Shown here in pieces: positions 58,158-64,000 of a DNA stretch of 64,000 bases. Below the pieces are notes generated by a model. It was not told where the DNA came from and ran no database searches. It saw only the letters and a list, made by a program, of their open reading frames with translations. The stretch comes from Ruminococcaceae bacterium UBA7075 (GTDB taxonomy: Bacteria; Bacillota; Clostridia; Oscillospirales; Acutalibacteraceae). Each line of letters opens with the position of its first letter. Within the stretch, counting starts at the first letter, position 1. Made by a program: the position numbers and the translations under genes. The stretch lies in NCBI GenBank assembly GCA_002493635.1, contig DKZL01000050.1:3516-67515 (forward strand). Direction: 5' to 3'.

Positions 58158-59195
58158 TTAAGTAATTCTCTTTCCAACAAAAGGAACAAAACGCAAAAGC
58201 CAAACAATTACATTACTAACGACGAAAACAATCAAAATATCAAATGCCCACATAATTAGCGGATTGCCAAATCTGAATGGCATATATACGAGAAATTCAT
58301 TTACTATTGCATGTACAAGATAAGCGCCAAAGCTAAGTTCAGACAGTTTAGTTATTATCTTTACCGATTTATCAGAAAATTTATGCTTACTAATTCGTTT
58401 TGTAAACAAAACATATATAGCAGAAGCTTCTATAGCAATATTAGGCATAAGATAACGTGTAAATTTATCAGGGTCACTGCAATTAATTGAGTGTCTATAC
58501 AAAGTTATAAACCCAAGACCAATAAGAAAGGCGATAGCTACAGAATAAAGTAAAATTTCCATTTTTGTTGAAAGCTTATATTTGTAAAGATAGTATCCAA
58601 GTATGTAATATCCTGAAAATCCTAATGCAAAATGGAAATTAATTCTCACCGATACATATGATATTGTTTCACCGACAACAGGTATATCCACGCCACACAA
58701 AGTAATAAATTCAAATACGAGAAAAAGTAGTATAAACAGTTCCATAAGTTTCTTGCTCTCAACAATTTTTCGCAAAAACGGAACAATCATATACAAAAAA
58801 ATCAACATATATAAATACCAAAAATGGTAAGGTCCCTGAATGAATTGTGTAATAATTCCTTGTATATTTAAATTGCTGTATATACCTGATAATATATAAT
58901 AAGCTTGATAAACAACATCCCAAACAACAAAAGCAATTATAAGTCTGCAAACAGCCTTTCTTATTTTGTGAAAAGTCATTTCACGCTTGGGATCTAAAAA
59001 GAAACGTCCTGAAATCATAACATAAACAGGCACTTGCCAAGTTACTATTGCATTAATAAAAATAATTATATTATTACTATTGCCAATATTATTATTAAAC
59101 TGGATTTCCAATGCGCCTATTGAATGGACGAGAATAACTGCAATCAATGCGATAATTCTCAATAAATCTAGTTCAGTTTCACGTCGTTTTATCAT
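58158..59195 (-). CDS. Acyltransferase_3 family O-acetyltransferase (WecH-like)
   Basis: R...LD.LR..A...V...H, VP...MISG, HFWYL, SFG.YLVH. Confidence 0.88.
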   Translation of the reverse strand: MIKRRETELDLLRIIALIAVILVHSIGALEIQFNNNIGNSNNIIIFINAIVTWQVPVYVMISGRFFLDPKREMTFHKIRKAVCRLIIAFVVWDVVYQAYYILSGIYSNLNIQGIITQFIQGPYHFWYLYMLIFLYMIVPFLRKIVESKKLMELFILLFLVFEFITLCGVDIPVVGETISYVSVRINFHFALGFSGYYILGYYLYKYKLSTKMEILLYSVAIAFLIGLGFITLYRHSINCSDPDKFTRYLMPNIAIEASAIYVLFTKRISKHKFSDKSVKIITKLSELSFGAYLVHAIVNEFLVYMPFRFGNPLIMWAFDILIVFVVSNVIVWLLRFVPFVGKRIT

Positions 59196-59198
59196 ACT

Positions 59199-60242
59199 TT
59201 AATGACTTCCTTTCATATATTTTATCCAAACAGCAATTTTATGTCTAAGATAAACGTAATACTTATTAAAAATCAGATGGAAAATTTTCTTTTTCAAAAG
59301 TTGATTAATAAAAACCTGATTTTGCCGTGGCATATCAAAATTTCTATCAGAATACCAAACAGTAAAATCATCGCAAATTTTACAGATATCTTTTGATTTG
59401 GAAACTTTAATTTTATCATTTGCAAGAACAAGATAAAACGGAATTAAAATATCCATTAATAGATTTTGGGAAATAACAACAGTATTATCAGCATATAAAA
59501 GATAAAGTGTCTCTTCTATATGCTTAACCAGATATGATAAATTTTCAATTCGTTTTAGTCTTCTACCTGCGTTACCCTCATCCTCGGTTTGCCTATAATG
59601 ATAAATGATTTCAGAAAAATTACAAATCATATCACAACAAGCCAAATAACGAATAGAGAAATCCAAATCTTCATAAATAAACATATCTTCATTAAATTCC
59701 AACTGATTATTTACCAAAATTTCTCTTCTATAAACTTTATTCCAAACCGGGCTTACGGCATTTACAGAATATAAATCTCGAAAAACATCAAGCCACTGTT
59801 TTTTGTTCAAACACCCATTAACAGGATACGCAAGTTCATCACGACGATAGCATTTTTCATGATAATAATAATCAAATGATAATCCATATATAGCTAAATC
59901 GATTTTTTTATCTGATTCAACTGATCTTAAAACTCTTCCTAACTTATCTGACTCAATACTATCATCTGCATCCAAGAAAAGTATATAATCTCCACTTGCT
60001 TGCTTAATACCACAATTTCTTGCAAATGAAACTCCATGATTTTCCTGATGTATGCAACGTACCTCCTTATTTTCTTGTTCTAACTTATCACAAATATAAC
60101 CAGATTTATCAATTGAACCGTCATCAATTAAAATAATTTCATAGTCTTCCAGATTAACTTTTTTTATTGAAATTACACATGTATTTAAATATTTCTCACA
60201 ATTATAAACAGGAACAATAAAGCTAAATTTACTCACATTCAT
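59199..60242 (-). CDS. Glycosyltransferase family 2
   Basis: IVPVYN, IDDGS.D, ARN.G, FLDADD, YED. Confidence 0.9.
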   Translation of the reverse strand: MNVSKFSFIVPVYNCEKYLNTCVISIKKVNLEDYEIILIDDGSIDKSGYICDKLEQENKEVRCIHQENHGVSFARNCGIKQASGDYILFLDADDSIESDKLGRVLRSVESDKKIDLAIYGLSFDYYYHEKCYRRDELAYPVNGCLNKKQWLDVFRDLYSVNAVSPVWNKVYRREILVNNQLEFNEDMFIYEDLDFSIRYLACCDMICNFSEIIYHYRQTEDEGNAGRRLKRIENLSYLVKHIEETLYLLYADNTVVISQNLLMDILIPFYLVLANDKIKVSKSKDICKICDDFTVWYSDRNFDMPRQNQVFINQLLKKKIFHLIFNKYYVYLRHKIAVWIKYMKGSH

Positions 60243-60260
60243 TCAACTCCATATCAAAAA

Positions 60261-61379
60261 TCAGGAAGTTACATCCCACATAAATCGGAAGTTAGTATAA
60301 TCATCAGGCGCATAGGTAATCTCTACTCCTATACAGGTTTTGTTGTAATAATAAATTAAAAATGCTGACAAAGCAAACACTATCAACTGAATATTTTTCT
60401 CGTTAAGCGATAACACCGCTCCGTTTGCATCCGGTACAAGTGTTGTGTTATTTTCATCTTGATAAAACATCAGAGGGATAAATAAAACTAAAAACTGCAA
60501 ATAACAATCCGCAAATCTTGTAAACAGATTGTCAAAAGAAGAAAACATCTGTAATATAGCACCGATTATAATAATATTAAACAACAAATTATAGTTTCTC
60601 TCTTTAAAGCCTTTAACTAAAATACCGCAAACCAAAAACAGAATTATTAGCAAAAATCTTCCGCCAATACCGCCTGATGATGTAAATGACTCATTTTCAT
60701 AGTACACATCAGCCATAAAATTTACTATTTGATTTTTAAACAAGAAAACCACAGCGGCAAAAGCTAAATAACCAATAATAGTGTTAGTATTTAATTTTCT
60801 GTTGGCAACAAAATATGCCGGTAAAAATACAAGTGCAGGCATATGAATAAATCCTGCTAATAATACAAAAATCAAAAATTTAATTGGTTTTTTATCAAAA
60901 ATACACATCATAGCACACATCAATACTGACATTACTAAGCCTTGTTTAATTGCTGAAAAGTCATAAATAACATAAAAAGCCATACAGTTCCACACCAAAT
61001 AGCTAAGCCACGGCTTTGGTGAGTAACGATAAATTAAAACGGCTACAATCACCTGGGTGATTACAGCAAGTACAATCAAAAAAATCTGAAAATCACAATT
61101 AGTAAGACCGCAAACCAGTTTCATTAACCAATAGAAACCGGCATTTCTTCCCCCATGAAAGACATTGTTGCTAAACCAACCATAATCGCTCATTGTACTA
61201 TATTCCCAAGCATATTTACGTAAATCGCCTGTAAGATACATATAACGAAAACCGCATACAAATGTATGTAAAACAGCCATTAAAATTATATAATGCTTTT
61301 TCTTCTCTCCTTGCTGCGGCATTATAAAACCAAAGACAATTACTGCTGCAACAATAAGCCAATAAACCAAAACGCCCAT
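60261..61379 (-). CDS. EpsG-family polysaccharide polymerase (Wzy-like)
   Basis: GFR....GD...Y, IKQG, IH..A, ~10 TM helices. Confidence 0.8.
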   Translation of the reverse strand: MGVLVYWLIVAAVIVFGFIMPQQGEKKKHYIILMAVLHTFVCGFRYMYLTGDLRKYAWEYSTMSDYGWFSNNVFHGGRNAGFYWLMKLVCGLTNCDFQIFLIVLAVITQVIVAVLIYRYSPKPWLSYLVWNCMAFYVIYDFSAIKQGLVMSVLMCAMMCIFDKKPIKFLIFVLLAGFIHMPALVFLPAYFVANRKLNTNTIIGYLAFAAVVFLFKNQIVNFMADVYYENESFTSSGGIGGRFLLIILFLVCGILVKGFKERNYNLLFNIIIIGAILQMFSSFDNLFTRFADCYLQFLVLFIPLMFYQDENNTTLVPDANGAVLSLNEKNIQLIVFALSAFLIYYYNKTCIGVEITYAPDDYTNFRFMWDVTS

Positions 61380-61416
61380 TTACTATTCCTCAAATTCCAT
61401 ATAAAAATCAATTCTC

Positions 61417-62523
61417 TTAGCTCAATCTACTCATGAAAAAATCTTCTGTCTCGGTGATAACTTTCTCTTTATAGAAATCGTATCCCCTATTTCTTGCAAC
61501 ATCAGCATATTTTTTCTCTAACTCAGGAGAATCAATTATAGTACGTATACCTTTATATAGACCATCCTCTGTATCATCAGTTATTAATCCATAATCAGAA
61601 TCTCCAAGTAACTCTTTCATTCCTGTACATGGTGTTGTGACAACTGCTTTTCCTAATATAAGAGATTCCTGAATTACCGTACTTATTCCTTCATATATAG
61701 AAGAACATAATATAATTTCTGCGGACTTTATCCATGGATAAGGATTATCCGTAAATCCCTTTAACTCTACAAATCTTTGCAAATTTAGTTTTTTGATTTT
61801 TTGTTCAAGATTTTCCTTTTCGGGACCGTCGCCTAAAATATTTAAATGAAATTTATATCCGTCATCCCGAAGCTTTCCGCATACATCGATTAAATACGCA
61901 AAATTTTTCTGCTTTGTTAAGCGCCCAACCGCAAGAAGTCGTTTTTGTTCAGGCTTACAATTCCATTCAACTGTATCAGATGCTTTTTTTAAAATTTCAT
62001 CCTCATCAATTACATTATATAATACCACAGATTCTGCATATTCTCCAAAAAGTTTATCAAAGCTTTTCTTTACGTCCTGCGAAACACAGACCACTTTGTC
62101 AAATTCAGAATAATATCTACCATATCTATCATCAGTTATTCCTTTTTTTTGCAAATCGCAATGAACCCACGCCAGTTTCAATGCGTTCTTATTTGTAGAT
62201 GCTGACATCACTTTTGTTGCACCACACTCCAAATAAGCAACCTCAATATCATAATCATCCTTGATATAGAGCTGGTACGTTAGTTTAAACTCAGTGCAGA
62301 AACGGTACCAGTAATTCATAAGTTTCTTAACAAACTTTGTTTTACATCTGTTAATTGATTTATAATGAATACCATCTGATAAATACTTTTTGTGATCACA
62401 ATCATCAACCGTCTGTACTGTTATATCAAATTTTGACTGATCCATATTATTTACAAGATTTCGCAGAACTTTTTCTGCTCCGCCCTCTGACAATCTCGGA
62501 ATAAAAAACAATATTTTAATCAT
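61417..62523 (-). CDS. Glycosyltransferase family 4
   Basis: GGAEK, VGRL..QK, NPYPW, S.YEG....E. Confidence 0.9.
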   Translation of the reverse strand: MIKILFFIPRLSEGGAEKVLRNLVNNMDQSKFDITVQTVDDCDHKKYLSDGIHYKSINRCKTKFVKKLMNYWYRFCTEFKLTYQLYIKDDYDIEVAYLECGATKVMSASTNKNALKLAWVHCDLQKKGITDDRYGRYYSEFDKVVCVSQDVKKSFDKLFGEYAESVVLYNVIDEDEILKKASDTVEWNCKPEQKRLLAVGRLTKQKNFAYLIDVCGKLRDDGYKFHLNILGDGPEKENLEQKIKKLNLQRFVELKGFTDNPYPWIKSAEIILCSSIYEGISTVIQESLILGKAVVTTPCTGMKELLGDSDYGLITDDTEDGLYKGIRTIIDSPELEKKYADVARNRGYDFYKEKVITETEDFFMSRLS

Positions 62524-63677
62524 TAATGACTTCCTCTTATATGATAGTCTTCTTGATATAGATTACACAAGGTCTGTGCAAACATTTTAGAATCAAATCT
62601 CTTATCCTGCACAACCTTTGCAACCTCTGCTTTAGGTGCACGCTCCTTCATAACGGCTTTTTCCAAGGCATCTGCCCATACTGAAGCACCGGATTCCAGC
62701 GACAGCCACGTTACCGTTCCAATTCCGAAGTCAACCTCCGGAGAATAAGTGTCAGCAGAAACACACGGCAAGCCTGATGCTTGCGCTTCAATCATAACTA
62801 ATGGCATTCCTTCATATTTTGAAGGCAATACAAATGCGCTTGATTTTCTCATTAAAACATCAATATCTTTTCTGGTGCCTAATAGCTTAATATATTCGCC
62901 TAAATCTCTATCCAAAATTTTTCTACGAACTGCCTCAACATCACAATCATCACCGTTCCCGGCACATAAAATACGGATTTTTCTGTTTCGTCTTCGCAAT
63001 TCTTCTGCTATATCAACAAGAAAGGTTTGATTTTTTACCGCTGATATTCTTGCGACATTTATAATATTTTTCCAATCATCTTGTTCGCAAAACTCACCAC
63101 TCTCAATGTTTTCATATCTATCTAAAAATTTAGCAGAATCAACTGAATTAAAAACAAGATGGTAAGATTGACTTCTTTGCTTTTTCTCTCCGTACAAGAA
63201 TTTTCCTGCCCATGTTGAACAAGCAATCTGAACAGTGGAATATTTGTTAATCATTTTTCGCATAATCGCATTGTATGCAGAACGTACAGTTCCTCGTTTT
63301 CTGTCGGTTCCGTCGTCATCACACCAATTATGCGCGTGTACAAATCGACACGGTACACCGGCTTTTTTGGCAATATAAAGTGTTATACCACTATGAAATA
63401 ATTCATGTGAGTGAACAATATCGTACTGACCTTCTTTCATAATTTGAAGCAAAGCGTTACAATATGGTTTAGGATTTTTCCAATTCATAGGGGGAATTAA
63501 AATAAATTTACAACCTAATGATTCAATTTCCTCTCGAAAGAAAGCACCAGGCATATCAGAAGTAAAATCAATTTGAAATTTCTCTTTGTCTGCGTTTCTT
63601 GCTAAATGCATCAACTGATTCTCAAGACCTCCGACATTCATTGATCCTGCAACCATCAAAACTTTAATTTTTTTCAT
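62523..63677 (-). CDS. Glycosyltransferase family 4 (CapH/EpsF-like)
   Basis: GGLE, HAHN, KNQ.F, PS.YEG.P.V.IEAQA.GLP. Confidence 0.9.
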   Translation of the reverse strand: MKKIKVLMVAGSMNVGGLENQLMHLARNADKEKFQIDFTSDMPGAFFREEIESLGCKFILIPPMNWKNPKPYCNALLQIMKEGQYDIVHSHELFHSGITLYIAKKAGVPCRFVHAHNWCDDDGTDRKRGTVRSAYNAIMRKMINKYSTVQIACSTWAGKFLYGEKKQRSQSYHLVFNSVDSAKFLDRYENIESGEFCEQDDWKNIINVARISAVKNQTFLVDIAEELRRRNRKIRILCAGNGDDCDVEAVRRKILDRDLGEYIKLLGTRKDIDVLMRKSSAFVLPSKYEGMPLVMIEAQASGLPCVSADTYSPEVDFGIGTVTWLSLESGASVWADALEKAVMKERAPKAEVAKVVQDKRFDSKMFAQTLCNLYQEDYHIRGSH

Positions 63678-63748
63678 ATTTTATCTCCCAATTATTTAAA
63701 CAACTTTTTGTAGTTAATTACAATTTTTCTACTTTACAGTCAACCATT

Positions 63749-64000
63749 TTATACTCTGTTGTTTATATAACCATATGTGGCATTTTCCTTATGATGAATG
63801 CTTCCAGGATTTCCTACAACAACACTATGAGATGGAACATCAAAGTTTACAAATGCACCCGGTGCAATGACAACATCATCACCAATCACTATCTTACCAA
63901 CAAGTGTTGCATTAATACCAATATAAACCTGACTGCCAATTATAGGAGAACCTATTTTTCCAATACCAACAGAAGTGCCAATTGTGCATCCTTTATGCAA
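63749..64000 (-). CDS. Serine-O-acetyltransferase-like hexapeptide (LbH) acetyltransferase, 5' part outside window
   Basis: G.TIG...G.P.IG..V.IG.NA...G...IGDDV.I...A.V..DVP...VVGNP. Confidence 0.8.
   Translation of the reverse strand: MHKGCTIGTSVGIGKIGSPIIGSQVYIGINATLVGKIVIGDDVVIAPGAFVNFDVPSHSVVVGNPGSIHHKENATYGYINNRV

Noticed and set aside
1403-63030. Numerous 60-190 aa ORFs overlapping the major genes (e.g. 11514-12086, 22047-22526, 28034-28486)
   Set aside because: Antisense or alternate-frame shadows of well-supported genes, with no family motifs
1-64000. Prophage, IS/transposase, integrase, tRNA/rRNA, defence system
   Set aside because: No such ORFs or RNA signatures recognised; MazG and the MBL hydrolase sit in their usual housekeeping synteny

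Overview
A 64 kb chromosomal window from a spore-forming gut Firmicute, probably Ruminococcaceae/Oscillospiraceae (Ruminococcus bromii-like; inferred from the dockerin protein, the yabP/yabQ and ger genes, and the gene order). Almost all genes are on the minus strand. Bases 1-43.5 kb are core genome: a partial AAA_28-CYTH fusion missed by the ORF track, a dockerin protein, rlmL-like, hpf, the yabM-mazG-hup-yabO-yabPQ-divIC-yabR block, a long hprK-murB-rapZ-whiA-xseB-ispA-dxs-tlyA-nadK-argR-recN-recJ-relA-dtd-MBL-hemZ run, gerABC divergent from yetF/DUF4363, a Zn/Mn ABC transporter, secDF, an aminotransferase, cpsCD and oadGB. Bases 43.8-64 kb are an AT-richer surface-polysaccharide locus (GT2/GT4/GT32, Stealth, TagF-like, Wzm/Wzt plus an EpsG/Wzy-type polymerase, acyltransferases, NTP_transf_5) with a doubly inactivated tagD-like pseudogene. 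I saw no rRNA, tRNA, CRISPR array, transposase or phage gene. The most unusual signals are non-coding: (1) a ~175 nt rod-like structured RNA candidate between ispA and dxs, the slot OLE RNA occupies in other Firmicutes; (2) promoters whose predicted start site lies inside a hairpin, so only read-through transcripts are blocked (yabP, secD); (3) a structured relA-dtd spacer; (4) a GTAG-type REP doublet. All folding and promoter calls were made by eye and are unverified.
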